DNA of 64,000 bases from an uncultured Parachlamydiaceae bacterium (GTDB lineage Bacteria; Chlamydiota; Chlamydiia; Chlamydiales; Parachlamydiaceae): the NCBI GenBank assembly GCA_963752155.1, contig CAVVXH010000010.1, positions 480,001 through 544,000 on the forward strand, given 5' to 3'. The translations under genes and the position numbers were made by a program. Under the pieces are notes generated by a model that did not search any database, was not told where the DNA came from, and was given only the letters and a program-made list of their open reading frames with translations. Positions 52,030 through 62,061 of the stretch are shown one piece after another (the first letter of the stretch is position 1; every line of letters begins with the position of its first letter).

Positions 52030-54417
52030 GTGACTTCAAGCAAAGACCCTTCACTATTGCAAGCCATTTTAGCCTCTAAACGAATCCCAAAATCTTTCTT
52101 AGAACATTTTTTATCATCATGTCAAACTGATGCTAAACTCACTCAATCTTTAGTGCTTTTAGGTGAAGCGGGTTATTTAGATGCAAAAGAAGTAGATGAG
52201 AATGGGCATCATCTTTTAATGCGCATGTTAATGACAGGGAGTCAGTTTAAGGAAGAAAATCTTAAATTACTCGTTAAATACTTCCCTATATCAGAAAAAG
52301 ATAAACTTCTTTTATCAGAGGAATGGATTAAAAAGCTGACAATAAATCCTGATGAAATTAAATTTTTTAACATGATGAGAATACTTGAAATTCCCCTTGT
52401 TCCCAAGGAATCTTGGCATCAGGTGTTTCTACAAACTCTAACAAATAGTCGTAGAGAAATTACTCAGCGATTTATCGATGCTGGCATGGAAATAAATTGG
52501 AGTAAAATGGGCACCCACCTTTCCCTCAAAGCATGGAAAGAGAATGGAGCAATCCTGGAAGAGCTCGAAAAGTTTCTTCCTGATCTGTCCGAAGATGAGA
52601 ATTGGAAAAATTGTTGCAACGCTTATTTATCGCAAATGGACTTTTATAAAGTGAGCTTGTTAATGAAATGTGGTGTTCAACCCGATGTTTCAACCACAAC
52701 GAAGGGGATGACTTCGGATCAAATCATTTCTTGGATCCAAAAAGAACCTAAGAACATTCTTGAATTCGCCAAAATCATTGCTGCTAAAAATGAATTCGAT
52801 CCAACTTCAGATGAGGCAAAATTTGGTCTTGGTTATTTATTTTTTAGAATTATTAAGGAAAGAGAGAGAGTAGGTGGCGATTTACATAAAGCGGTTGAAT
52901 TACTCGTTAAACGTGGAGTTGAGTACGATCCTACTCTAATAGACACCCTTTTAAAACAAAACAATCTAAAATCTTTTAATGTATTGCTAAAAGCATGCGA
53001 GTTGAATCCTGAATTGAAGCAGAGTCAGTCATTGAAAAGCCATCTCGAGACTGAGTTTCGTATAGGCAATCTTACTATTGAAAATCTTAAAATTTTATAT
53101 AATAACAACATCTCAATAGATTATAAATTAATTCCAGAAGATAAATTAGTAGAATTAACATTTTTGCTAGGATCTAAATTTCTCATCACTTTAAGAGAAA
53201 CAGATGTTAAAATTTCAAATCAATTTGCGACAAAACTTTTTTCTCGAATTCTAGAAAGTGGCAGTGAATATTGGGAATTATCGCTTTTGCAGCACTTAGA
53301 AGAATATCAAATAGATAATAAAGAGTTTATTTTGAATCAAGCCTGCATTGCACTTTATAAAAAAATGCCGAAGCATTTCCAGGAAAAAATGATTCTATTG
53401 ATGAAATTAGGAGCTTCCTGGAATCAAAAGATTGAAGATGAGTTGATCTATTCTCCTTCTCCGGAAGCTTTAATGACATACATTCAAATAGATTTTTTAG
53501 CAGCCGATCATCCAATTTTGGCTAAATTGAGTTCTTATACGCTGGAGAAACTGGAGCGTATACGTTATGAAAAGGGGGTAAAGCCGTCAAGTGAAGAGTG
53601 TTTAACACGTTATTGGAGAGATGTGGATTACGGTTTAAACGATCTTATCTATCGAGATCTACATCCTGACCCAAAATCCGAAATAGCCATGACTACTTTA
53701 TATAATGCAGTGATGTATAAAAATTGGAAGCTTGTCGAGCGATTACAAAAACTCAATGTTCCTCTTCAGTTTACCGATATAATTTTAGAACACCTTAGAT
53801 CATTACTAGAGGAGTTTCTTTTATTTTTTCCGGAAGAATTGTTCGACACCTTTTTAGCATTGGGTTGGAATCCTACCTCAATGCGTGATGATATTAATAA
53901 AAAGGCGACAGATATTTTGAGTGATCCTGAAGGATCTTTAGCTGAAATTATACGAATTGCTCGGTTAATGAGCCTAACTCGACCGGTTTTACCAAATCCT
54001 TCAGCTGTTATTGCAAACGCGCTAAAAAATATATATTATGATAAAGAATTAAAACTGATGTCGGAGTTAGGATATGATTTCAGTATTCATGAAGAAGAAA
54101 TTATTAATCGACTTAAAGATCCAGATTGTAGCATAGAGCGTAAGATCACACTTATTGCCATTTATCCAAGGGTTGTACAGTCGGACCTCATTTCACATTG
54201 GTTTATAGAGGGACCCCCTTCGATTTTCCTTCTGCAGGAAATCGAAGCAGCAGGAGGAGACGACAAGGTTTTGCGAGATTACATTAATTCGAACCTTCCT
54301 GCTCTATTAGATATTATCCAAAATTCGAATCAATTAAATTTTATTGAAAGATATGTCGATAGTGATAGATGGAAACAGAGAAGATTGCACAGAAATGTTA
54401 AAGAGATTATTGAATGA
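52030..54417 (+). CDS. Hypothetical helical/ankyrin-like repeat protein; probably continues 50878..51996
   Basis: Recurrent LLxxG motifs (AVELLVKRGV, LLMKCGV, LLMKLGA); GTG start with no RBS; same frame as the upstream ORF. Confidence 0.55.
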   Translation: MTSSKDPSLLQAILASKRIPKSFLEHFLSSCQTDAKLTQSLVLLGEAGYLDAKEVDENGHHLLMRMLMTGSQFKEENLKLLVKYFPISEKDKLLLSEEWIKKLTINPDEIKFFNMMRILEIPLVPKESWHQVFLQTLTNSRREITQRFIDAGMEINWSKMGTHLSLKAWKENGAILEELEKFLPDLSEDENWKNCCNAYLSQMDFYKVSLLMKCGVQPDVSTTTKGMTSDQIISWIQKEPKNILEFAKIIAAKNEFDPTSDEAKFGLGYLFFRIIKERERVGGDLHKAVELLVKRGVEYDPTLIDTLLKQNNLKSFNVLLKACELNPELKQSQSLKSHLETEFRIGNLTIENLKILYNNNISIDYKLIPEDKLVELTFLLGSKFLITLRETDVKISNQFATKLFSRILESGSEYWELSLLQHLEEYQIDNKEFILNQACIALYKKMPKHFQEKMILLMKLGASWNQKIEDELIYSPSPEALMTYIQIDFLAADHPILAKLSSYTLEKLERIRYEKGVKPSSEECLTRYWRDVDYGLNDLIYRDLHPDPKSEIAMTTLYNAVMYKNWKLVERLQKLNVPLQFTDIILEHLRSLLEEFLLFFPEELFDTFLALGWNPTSMRDDINKKATDILSDPEGSLAEIIRIARLMSLTRPVLPNPSAVIANALKNIYYDKELKLMSELGYDFSIHEEEIINRLKDPDCSIERKITLIAIYPRVVQSDLISHWFIEGPPSIFLLQEIEAAGGDDKVLRDYINSNLPALLDIIQNSNQLNFIERYVDSDRWKQRRLHRNVKEIIE

Positions 54418-54647
54418 TTATAAATCATCGATGTTCATTTCTACTGCAGCCAGAGTAGGGGATACCAAGGCCCTTAATAGCGAGCTCTCAAAGGGATATA
54501 TTAATTGCTTTGATACTATGGATTTTGCTTTTATTAGAGTTTTATTAGATGCAAACATCCCGATTTCTGAAAATAATCGCAAAAAAGGTTTTGAAGATCT
54601 GATCAAATGGGATGAGCTTAAACTAGCTAAACGTTTGCAGGAGTTGC

Positions 54648-54813
54648 CTATAGATCTTTTCACATGACTTCGTAACAAAATTCTAGCAGATTTTGACATA
54701 GATTGCAGATGAAGAAAATGTGACATACATGGATGTAGGCGCGTTTTCTTCATCTGCAAGATATGTCAAAAGATGCAGAATTTTGTTACGAAGTCATGTG
54801 AAAAGATCTATAG
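54648..54813. mobile_element. About 165-bp palindromic MITE-like element
   Basis: CTATAGATCTTTTCACATGACTTCGTAACAAAATTCT.. / ..AGAATTTTGTTACGAAGTCATGTGAAAAGATCTATAG; removing it restores a reading frame. Confidence 0.7.
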
Positions 54814-54857
54814 TATCTAGGGGCAAGATTCATGCTCTAAATATCGAATCAACCTTA

Positions 54858-54904
54858 TCAGACCACATGACCCTCATACGTAGCATAGGGGTCATGTGGT
54901 CTGA
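54858..54904. repeat. Palindrome with 16-bp arms upstream of the tRNA promoter
   Basis: TCAGACCACATGACCC-N15-GGGTCATGTGGTCTGA. Confidence 0.8.
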
Positions 54905-54936
54905 AATAATGAGAATTGCTGATTGATTTTTTTTGC

Positions 54937-54965
54937 TTGCAGGAATTTAGCCTCTTATTTACAAT
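54937..54965 (+). promoter_or_regulatory. Sigma66/70 promoter of tRNA-Leu
   Basis: TTGCAG-17 bp-TACAAT. Confidence 0.5.
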
Positions 54966-54983
54966 GTGATTTATGTCTTTTAT

Positions 54984-55066
54984 GCCGATGTGGCGAAATG
55001 GTAGACGCGGTAGACTCAAAATCTACTCTTGGCAACAAGGTGCTGGTTCGAGTCCGGTCATCGGCA
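54984..55066 (+). tRNA. tRNA-Leu (anticodon CAA); CCA not encoded
   Basis: Acceptor GCCGATG/CATCGGC, D loop TGGTAGAC, anticodon stem GTAGA-CT CAA AA-TCTAC, long variable arm, GGTTCGAGTCC. Confidence 0.95.
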
Positions 55067-55187
55067 CATCCCCGGAGACATTTTCAGAAATGAAAGCGTT
55101 TCCGGTTTTTTCATTTTGTAACCCATTGGTTTTCTGCAAGATAATCGCTAATGCTGGATTCAAACCATCGGTTCGATATTTTCCATC

Positions 55188-56297
55188 TTGAAAGAATCAA
55201 TTGATCAGATCATCGCTCACTATCACACTGAAAACAAAATCAATATTCAAGCCACAACTGCAAAGCAGAAAAGAGAACTCATCTCAAGACTGCAAACCAA
55301 AGGATTATTTGATTTTAAGGAATCATCAGCCTACGTTGCCTCTAAACTCCAGATTTCACGAGCAACCGTTTACAACTATTTAAAGACTGCAGCCAACTTT
55401 AGAAAAGTTCACGTTCACCAAGTTGATGCTTTTACAAACGAAAAATTTGGAGGAAACCCTGCAGGTGTTGTTTTGGATGCGGAAGAGCTAGAAGAATCGA
55501 CTATGCGTAAAATTGCCAGAGAATTGAATTTATCTGAAACAGCCTTTGTTTTGTCTAGCGATAAAGGCAATTTCCAGATGCGTTATTTTACTCCAACGGG
55601 ACACGAGATCGCATTTTGTGGACATTCTACTGTGGGAGCACTTTACATGATTGCCAAAGAACGGCGGTTTGGCATTAAAAAGATCGGTGACTATGAATTT
55701 GATGTAAAAACCCTTTGTGGGCTTCTCAAAATGGAAGTGGGGATTAATGATCGTGAGGAAATCTACGTTGCTTATGAGACACCCACAATCAAGTTAGAAA
55801 AAGTCAAAATTACTCACGAAGAGGTTGCGAAGGCTGCGGGCTTTGAATTGCATTTAGTCGATCAATCAATTCCAGTGATGTATGAGGAGACAAATAAAGA
55901 CCTATTTATCGTCATTCGTTCGTTAGATGATTTAAAGAAGATCGAATGTGATCCAAAGTCCTTTGCACAATTCTCTAAGCAGCACGATATTATCGCTTTA
56001 TGCGCATTATCTCCAGAAGCTTTTGATCAAAAAAATCAATTCCACATGCGTTGTTTTGCACCTTTCGTAGGAATCTCTGAAGATCCCTTTACAGGATCGG
56101 TATTAGGAGGACTGACCGCCTATGTCGATACATTCGGTCTTTTGCCAAAAGATTCACATAGTTTTCGGGTAGAGCAAGGTCATTTCATTGAACGGCCGGG
56201 GGTTGTTAAGGTGGAATTTTCAAAAAAACGAGGAAAGTATCACGCTAAGGTTTTTGCGCAGGCTGTGCACTGTTTCTCGACAGAAATTAATCTATAA
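55188..56297 (+). CDS. PhzF-family epimerase/isomerase fused to an N-terminal YheO/DauR-type HTH
   Basis: KRELISRLQTKGLFDFKESSAYVASKLQISRATVYNYL, then VDAFT..FGGNPAGVV, ELNLSETAF, FCGHSTV, EDPFTGS. Confidence 0.85.
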   Translation: MKESIDQIIAHYHTENKINIQATTAKQKRELISRLQTKGLFDFKESSAYVASKLQISRATVYNYLKTAANFRKVHVHQVDAFTNEKFGGNPAGVVLDAEELEESTMRKIARELNLSETAFVLSSDKGNFQMRYFTPTGHEIAFCGHSTVGALYMIAKERRFGIKKIGDYEFDVKTLCGLLKMEVGINDREEIYVAYETPTIKLEKVKITHEEVAKAAGFELHLVDQSIPVMYEETNKDLFIVIRSLDDLKKIECDPKSFAQFSKQHDIIALCALSPEAFDQKNQFHMRCFAPFVGISEDPFTGSVLGGLTAYVDTFGLLPKDSHSFRVEQGHFIERPGVVKVEFSKKRGKYHAKVFAQAVHCFSTEINL

Positions 56298-56313
56298 AAA
56301 TAGGGAGGATTGG

Positions 56314-56727
56314 ATGTTTCAATACAAATTAGTAGCGGTTGTAAATAAAAAGATTGAGACGGGCATTCTCATGAATGCTCTTGCACATATGTGTCTAGGC
56401 TTTGGTGCTCATACTGGCCCTACTGAATTGCATCTCATGGACTATAAGAATGCAGAAGGATTTATCTATCCCAATATTTCAAAGATGCCTTTCATCATTT
56501 TGAAGGAGGATAATTCAAATAAAATTGCAAAGCTTCTTATGGAAGCCAAGGAAGCAGGTATTCAATACTCAGTTTTCACAAACACGATGACTGAAGGAAC
56601 ATGGGAGGATCAAGAAGCAAGAACTCTCGCCACTAAGCCGGAAGAGATCGTCTATTACGGAATCGTGTTATTCGGTCCAAAAGAAATCGTTACCAATTTG
56701 ACTAAAAAACTTTCCTTGTTCAGGTAA
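56314..56727 (+). CDS. DUF2000-family protein
   Basis: KLVAVV..MNALAHM, Y..ISKMPFIILK, YYGIVLFGP..LTKKLSLFR; GGAGG RBS. Confidence 0.75.
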   Translation: MFQYKLVAVVNKKIETGILMNALAHMCLGFGAHTGPTELHLMDYKNAEGFIYPNISKMPFIILKEDNSNKIAKLLMEAKEAGIQYSVFTNTMTEGTWEDQEARTLATKPEEIVYYGIVLFGPKEIVTNLTKKLSLFR

Positions 56728-56858
56728 TTATCATGAGTAAACGATGGATTACGAATGGATATGGGCGGCAGCCGGTACGCCGTTTGCAGTGTTTCGACTT
56801 CGTTCAAGTGAAATACAAAAAATGACCGATGGAAAATTTATCGATTTAAAGGTAGATA

Positions 56859-57821
56859 ATGGCAAAAATTAATCTTATTCAGGCAAAAGGTAATAGTTTT
56901 TATTGCGACAGTATTTTCTCCATAGGTGTTTACATCATAGAGAGAATGGCTGTGTTGATCGATAGCGGGATCAGCAGGGATATTGCTAAGGAGATTGATA
57001 AATCCTTGATACAAGCCAATTTTCAAGTTGCAGCAATCATTAATACCCATTGTCATGGGGATCATTGTGGGGGGAATGCCTTCTTTCAGCAGAAATATCC
57101 ACAGATAAAAATCTTTAGCACAGAAACAGAAAGGCCGTTTATTGAAGATCCATTGATGGCCCCTATTTGCTTTTGTGGTGGCGCTGCTGCGTTCGAAGAA
57201 ATTAAAAAATGCAAGCCTATCACACCACAGCAAGCCTCTAAAGTCACGGATATCATTGCACCTTATGAAGATCAAAAGATCGTCATATACGGAGAAACAT
57301 TCGAAATCATCGCCTTGCCGGGTCACACTCGTGGGATGATTGCAGTTAAAACACCCGATAATGTTCTTTATTGCGGAGATGCTATTTTTGGGAAAGATAC
57401 TTTTAGAAAATATCCTATTTTGTACTATACCTTCATTGGCGACACACTGAATTCATTTAAAAAGCTTAGATCGTTAATTCCTTCTGTCGACGTTTCCATC
57501 ATTTATCACGGAGGAATGATAACGGACCTGACTTCATTAATAGATGATCACGAAAAGCGTATCCTTGAAACAAAAAATATGATTCTTTCAATGTTGCTTG
57601 AATGCCCTCTTTCATTGGAAGAGATAACTGCAAGAATCATGCAAGCACATAAAATCCCGGACGATCTTATTTCATATGCGCTTACAAAGGTGCCTATGCA
57701 AGCTTATGTTGCCGAATTGGAACGAGAAAATCTCGTTGAAATACGTGTAACAGCCGGTATCAATCGTGCTCATGTGACTGATAAGAATTCTAGCCATCAT
57801 AATTCGGCTGTTATTATGTAG
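56859..57821 (+). CDS. MBL-fold metallo-hydrolase with a C-terminal winged-helix-like region
   Basis: LIDSG, THCHGDHCGG, PGHTRG, YCGDA, YHGG. Confidence 0.85.
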   Translation: MAKINLIQAKGNSFYCDSIFSIGVYIIERMAVLIDSGISRDIAKEIDKSLIQANFQVAAIINTHCHGDHCGGNAFFQQKYPQIKIFSTETERPFIEDPLMAPICFCGGAAAFEEIKKCKPITPQQASKVTDIIAPYEDQKIVIYGETFEIIALPGHTRGMIAVKTPDNVLYCGDAIFGKDTFRKYPILYYTFIGDTLNSFKKLRSLIPSVDVSIIYHGGMITDLTSLIDDHEKRILETKNMILSMLLECPLSLEEITARIMQAHKIPDDLISYALTKVPMQAYVAELERENLVEIRVTAGINRAHVTDKNSSHHNSAVIM

Positions 57822-58701
57822 CTAATCAGCAAATGGAATGCGAAGTTATGAACAACTTCCACACTTCCCCTTAGGAACCCCCTCGGCTAAAGTTCTATTT
57901 CTGTAGAGGAGGTAGAAAAGAAGGTTAAAATGCCATAGTTACAAGGGCTAGGAAGCGCTTTTGATCTTATCGCTGTTCTTTTCCCACTGATTTGTGAGGT
58001 AGGGTTTCACCTTTATAAAAGGCTCTAACTCATAAAGTTGCTTCATTCCTTCGAGAAATTGGTTCGAGAACGCTCCGGCTTTGGGCACATCCCAGGACAC
58101 TTCTGTAATAAAGAAGTGTCCTTTATTATTTTAAAGGGTTCACGTAGAGTTACGGAGAGCTTTTTATCCTTCAACTCCAAGTTCTGAAATACGAATGAAA
58201 TTACCTTTCAGGGAACAAGAGTGGAATTAAACAACTTAACCTCAATCAATCGATCTGAGCTATTAAAAGAAATTGAAAAACTTAAGCTTATTGAAGGAAG
58301 CTTCAGCCATTTGAGGTAGAACAAAATATAGAACTTGAATATAGCCTACGTTTTCATTGCATTAGGTCGCCAGGTATGGTAAAAATTGACCTCTTATGAG
58401 TTAAGCCCTCGGTCCAAGAAATTTACTTGCTTAAATTAATGAAGAAAATTAATACGCTTCGCATTTTTGCTTCAAATTTTCCAGCATATGAATCCCCTAT
58501 CTTAGATTTAGACCAAAGAAGAATTCGTTCAATGCAGTTAGAAAATTTATTATGGGATACTAATCTTTTACCTGTTAGTCACTTTATTGACATGCACATT
58601 AAAGGTAAATTGTGTGGTCAGGAGTTAGTGGTTATGTTGGCTCTCAGCTTTCTTCGATCATTTTTGAGCGATGACTTATAGGCATTTTGTGTTTGTTTCT
58701 C

Positions 58702-59706
58702 TTACACAAGTAAATTCTCTTCGATGAATTTTTTGATTTTGTTCAATACATCCTTTTTTTCAGGCAATTCAAGTGGCAAAGTAGGGAAACCATGAATCAT
58801 TCCCTTATAGTAAAGATCATAACACTTCACTCCTGCTCCTTGGAGTTTTTTTGCATAAGCTCGTCCTTCATCTCGAAGGGGATCAAATTCTGCTGTGACA
58901 ATAAGTGTAGGAGGTAAATTGTTAAAATCTAAAGCTCGTAGTGGGGCAACAAAAGGATTGTCCCGTAAAGCAACATCTGGACAATATTTAGACAAAAACA
59001 AGATGCAATGCTCACGTGTTAAATTGTATCCAACAGCATTTTCATGATAGGAAGGCGTATTAAAATCAACATCAGTCATTGGACATAGAAGAATTTGTCC
59101 TCTGATTTTTGGACCCTCTCTATCTCTTGCCATGATAGACACTACAGCAGAAAGAGTCGCTCCCGAACTTGATCCGCCAATGAAAAAATTTTTAGGATCT
59201 CCTTGCCATTCGTTTAGATGTCTATAAATCCAATTTATAGCGGCATACATAGCCTCAGGAGCCGTTGGAAATGGATGTTCTGGTGCAAGAGGATAATCTA
59301 CTGAAATAACTGTACATTTCGTAAAAGAGGCAATTTCTCTACAATAGCATTCCAAGGTGTCAAGATTGCCAAATACAAATCCTCCGCCATGAAAGAAAAT
59401 TAAAATAGGAGAGAGACCTTCAGTTTGTGATCGATAGATACGTATTGGGATAACTCTTTCAAAATCATTTATTTGTTCATCTTCAATGAGCAAATCGCAC
59501 GTCGGCAGATTTTCATTAAAACATTTTTGTCGTTCGTCAAAACGATTTCTCAATTCTTGAATAGACAGTGATTCAAAACAAGGGATTGGAGGGCTTTGTT
59601 TTAGGAAATTTTCAATAATAGGTGATAAGGTACTCATCTGTAAAAAACTCATTATCGTTAGGAATAGTATTTTTATAGGCTCAAGTATTTGTATCCAGGC
59701 TATCAT
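58702..59706 (-). CDS. Alpha/beta hydrolase, HSL-family esterase/lipase (true start probably 59652 or 59637)
   Basis: FHGGGF, VDYPLAPEHPFP, GSSSG nucleophile, AEFDPLRDEG, HGF. Confidence 0.9.
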   Translation of the reverse strand: MIAWIQILEPIKILFLTIMSFLQMSTLSPIIENFLKQSPPIPCFESLSIQELRNRFDERQKCFNENLPTCDLLIEDEQINDFERVIPIRIYRSQTEGLSPILIFFHGGGFVFGNLDTLECYCREIASFTKCTVISVDYPLAPEHPFPTAPEAMYAAINWIYRHLNEWQGDPKNFFIGGSSSGATLSAVVSIMARDREGPKIRGQILLCPMTDVDFNTPSYHENAVGYNLTREHCILFLSKYCPDVALRDNPFVAPLRALDFNNLPPTLIVTAEFDPLRDEGRAYAKKLQGAGVKCYDLYYKGMIHGFPTLPLELPEKKDVLNKIKKFIEENLLV

Positions 59707-59883
59707 CCTTCTGCAGTTGCTGTCTATGTGAAAGCAGGTTTCTATGCACTATTAGCCCTGAAACATCAGAAAATCCGATAAGGCGTCGTCTATCTTGGAT
59801 AGAACGACTGAGTTTCCTCGTTTGCTTTTCAATCCCAGTTTTTCCATTCCCCCTATTATTTAATTTCTATCAGCCTTTTCAGA

Positions 59884-60519
59884 TCAACCCAAACCTTCAT
59901 CTATCAAGTTACTGATGAGTAGATGAGCTAACCACTTCTCATACTCGTCTGATGTCCATCCTTGCTCTATGACAAACATACGATACATATCACGACCAGT
60001 CAGAGCCCAGAGGATATCGCGCGCTTTAGTTGCACTAAGGCCTTTAATCAATGAGTTTTCTTTGACCATTGCTTTTATAGTGACTTCTTGGCGATTATAA
60101 CGACGCATTTCTCTTTCCTTTTCGAGCTCTCTAAGCTCAGGAGCTAAGACAGCAGCGCCCCGAAAAATACTCATTTGTGTTCTTTCAGCATCATATATCT
60201 GACGTGCGATTTTAGCAGAAATACTGAGACGTTTCTTAGGCGATTTCTCAATGATACTCTCTTCTACAAGAGCCTCGAATTGATTTTGAGGAAGGGCTCC
60301 GTCCATTAAAGCTCGAAGCACACCAAGTTTAGACTGAAAGAGCGAATAAATGGTGGGAATTGATACGTTTGCTCCTTGAGCAATTTTTTCAATTGTCACG
60401 TATTCAAATCCCTCTGATTCAAAAAGGTTTTTTGCAGAGTTTAAAATACGGGCTCTTGTTTGTCCTGCTTGTGTATCTCTAGCAGTTGATTTATAGGATC
60501 TTTTTTTGATTTCTGGCAT
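59884..60519 (-). CDS. TetR/AcrR-family transcriptional regulator
   Basis: TRARILNSAKNLF..GFEYVTIEKIAQGANVSIPTIYSLFQSK. Confidence 0.92.
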   Translation of the reverse strand: MPEIKKRSYKSTARDTQAGQTRARILNSAKNLFESEGFEYVTIEKIAQGANVSIPTIYSLFQSKLGVLRALMDGALPQNQFEALVEESIIEKSPKKRLSISAKIARQIYDAERTQMSIFRGAAVLAPELRELEKEREMRRYNRQEVTIKAMVKENSLIKGLSATKARDILWALTGRDMYRMFVIEQGWTSDEYEKWLAHLLISNLIDEGLG

Positions 60520-60525
60520 ATTGGG

Positions 60526-60577
60526 TATAGCTCACTATATTCAATGTTGACTTAATGATTATAGTTTACTATAATCA
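60526..60577. promoter_or_regulatory. Two TATAG-N4-CTATA operators overlapping a TTGACT-17-TATAAT promoter
   Basis: 60526-60539 TATAGctcaCTATA; 60556-60577 TGATTATAGtttaCTATAATCA; -35 at 60547 and -10 at 60570. Confidence 0.75.
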
Positions 60578-60613
60578 ATATTGTTTGTCAAAAACCAGAA
60601 AAAGGAGAAGATC

Positions 60614-60958
60614 ATGAAGACAGATACAAAGGCAATAGGAGTAGCTTATTATACGGCTCTAAGAGAGAAAAATATCGAAAAGGTGAGTAAATACTTACAC
60701 CCTGATATTCAATTTACCGATCCACAGGAAACAGTAATCGGCAGAGAATCAGTACTTAAAGCAGCACGAGGATTCGCAGGGATTTTTAAAACTCTAACAA
60801 TCCGTGCACCCTTTGGTTCAGAAGAGCAAGCTATGATTGTCTATGAAGTAGAGATTCCAGGTCTCTCCAAAAAATTGCAAGCCGCTTCCCTTCTGAGTTT
60901 TCAAGAAGGCCTGATCTCAAAGATTGAGCTTTTCTACGATTCCAAAGGCTTGAGGTAA
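60614..60958 (+). CDS. SnoaL-like/NTF2-family protein
   Basis: AYYTAL..LHPDIQFTDP..GRESV, EGLISKIELFYD; AAGGAG RBS. Confidence 0.8.
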   Translation: MKTDTKAIGVAYYTALREKNIEKVSKYLHPDIQFTDPQETVIGRESVLKAARGFAGIFKTLTIRAPFGSEEQAMIVYEVEIPGLSKKLQAASLLSFQEGLISKIELFYDSKGLR

Positions 60959-61053
60959 TAACAGACTATTATGCTAAAGCCAGCAAACTCCGATCAATTG
61001 AACTCCAATCGAACTCGAGAAAAGTTCTGAAACTGTCCGCTGAGGGGCAATTC

Positions 61054-61096
61054 ACCGGACAAACTCTCTTCAAAGAGGATTTGTCCGGTTTTTTCA
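61054..61096. terminator. Rho-independent terminator between convergent genes
   Basis: ACCGGACAAA..TTTGTCCGGT followed by a T run. Confidence 0.6.
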
Positions 61097-61126
61097 TTTA
61101 GTTTTATTTGCAAAATATTTCTTATT

Positions 61127-61993
61127 TTATATTTTTAACTCTTTTGAAAATTCATAGCTGATAAGCTGTAAAGGTTCCGTTTTTTTAAACGCTTGTTCTT
61201 CATGAGAGACCTTTAAAAGCTTTTGTCCTCCATCCTTATGAGCAAGTTGTGCAACAAATTCTAAAACTTCTTTTTCTGAATCGGAAAATACACTTAAATC
61301 AGGCTTTTCAATGCTTTTTAAAATGTGGTGACCCCCAGAAATCAAAACGCCCTTAGAAAGAAATAGCTGATATATGTTTTGAAACTGATCTGGGCATGGA
61401 CCATATTCTAAATGAACATACCTAGCTCCCGTTATGCTCATCCCATGTTGTTGAAAATGTTTAAAATCTGCATAAAACAAAGATTTATTTAGAAACAAAG
61501 GACTCTTCGTGAAACCTATTAAATAGCGCACAGCTTGTTTAAATAGTTCTAAACAAAAGGGTCTATTACCACTATAGATGTCAGAAGAATTGCTTTTCCA
61601 ATGAACCTCAAGGGCATTAAGTTCTGCATAAGCTTCATCACATTTTAAACGGATATGATCGTCTTGCACGACATCTTGGACGTAATAGGTTTCCCAACGC
61701 TTGATGCTCGCTTCTCCAACCTTTAAGTAGTTGGCAAAAGCAGCTTGGGACATTCCAAGCGATGCTCGATATTTGATGATTTCCTCAGATGTTAAAAGAT
61801 TATGTTGCTTGCGATATTTATCAGCTGTACTTCTCCGCAGCACATTCATCTGTTCTCCATCCATTAAAGGAGTTTGGCATTTCGTACAAACAAAAGAAGG
61901 CACGACTACTTCAACTTCTTCTCCTTTTATTTCGGGAGTAAAGCGAACATTTTTTGACTCAAACTTTTCGCAATCACAATTTAAGCATTTCAT
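61127..61993 (-). CDS. MqsA-type antitoxin (Zn ribbon + XRE HTH) fused to a DUF4065/Panacea (SocA-like) domain
   Basis: CLNC..CTKC, LLTSEEIIKYRASLGMSQAAFANYLKVGEASIKRWE; LNKSLFYADF.HF..HG.SITGARY..LEYGPCP. Confidence 0.85.
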   Translation of the reverse strand: MKCLNCDCEKFESKNVRFTPEIKGEEVEVVVPSFVCTKCQTPLMDGEQMNVLRRSTADKYRKQHNLLTSEEIIKYRASLGMSQAAFANYLKVGEASIKRWETYYVQDVVQDDHIRLKCDEAYAELNALEVHWKSNSSDIYSGNRPFCLELFKQAVRYLIGFTKSPLFLNKSLFYADFKHFQQHGMSITGARYVHLEYGPCPDQFQNIYQLFLSKGVLISGGHHILKSIEKPDLSVFSDSEKEVLEFVAQLAHKDGGQKLLKVSHEEQAFKKTEPLQLISYEFSKELKI

Positions 61994-62061
61994 TTAATCT
62001 TCTCTTTTGCTTCATAGAGTCGTTTGGTTAACTCTCGATCCGATGGGCGCTGGCTGTGCAT
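61990..62061 (-). pseudogene. 23-aa stub at the toxin position, coupled to the antitoxin by an ATGA overlap
   Basis: GGAGAG RBS; MHSQRPSDRELTKRLYEAKEKIK*. Confidence 0.55.

Noticed and set aside
54973..55191. 72-aa ORF
   Set aside because: It overlaps the tRNA-Leu gene and is spurious.
57840..58700. Short ORF fragments, including 58427..58681, and a hairpin at about 58094-58122
   Set aside because: No recognisable family or start signals; treated as decayed remnants.
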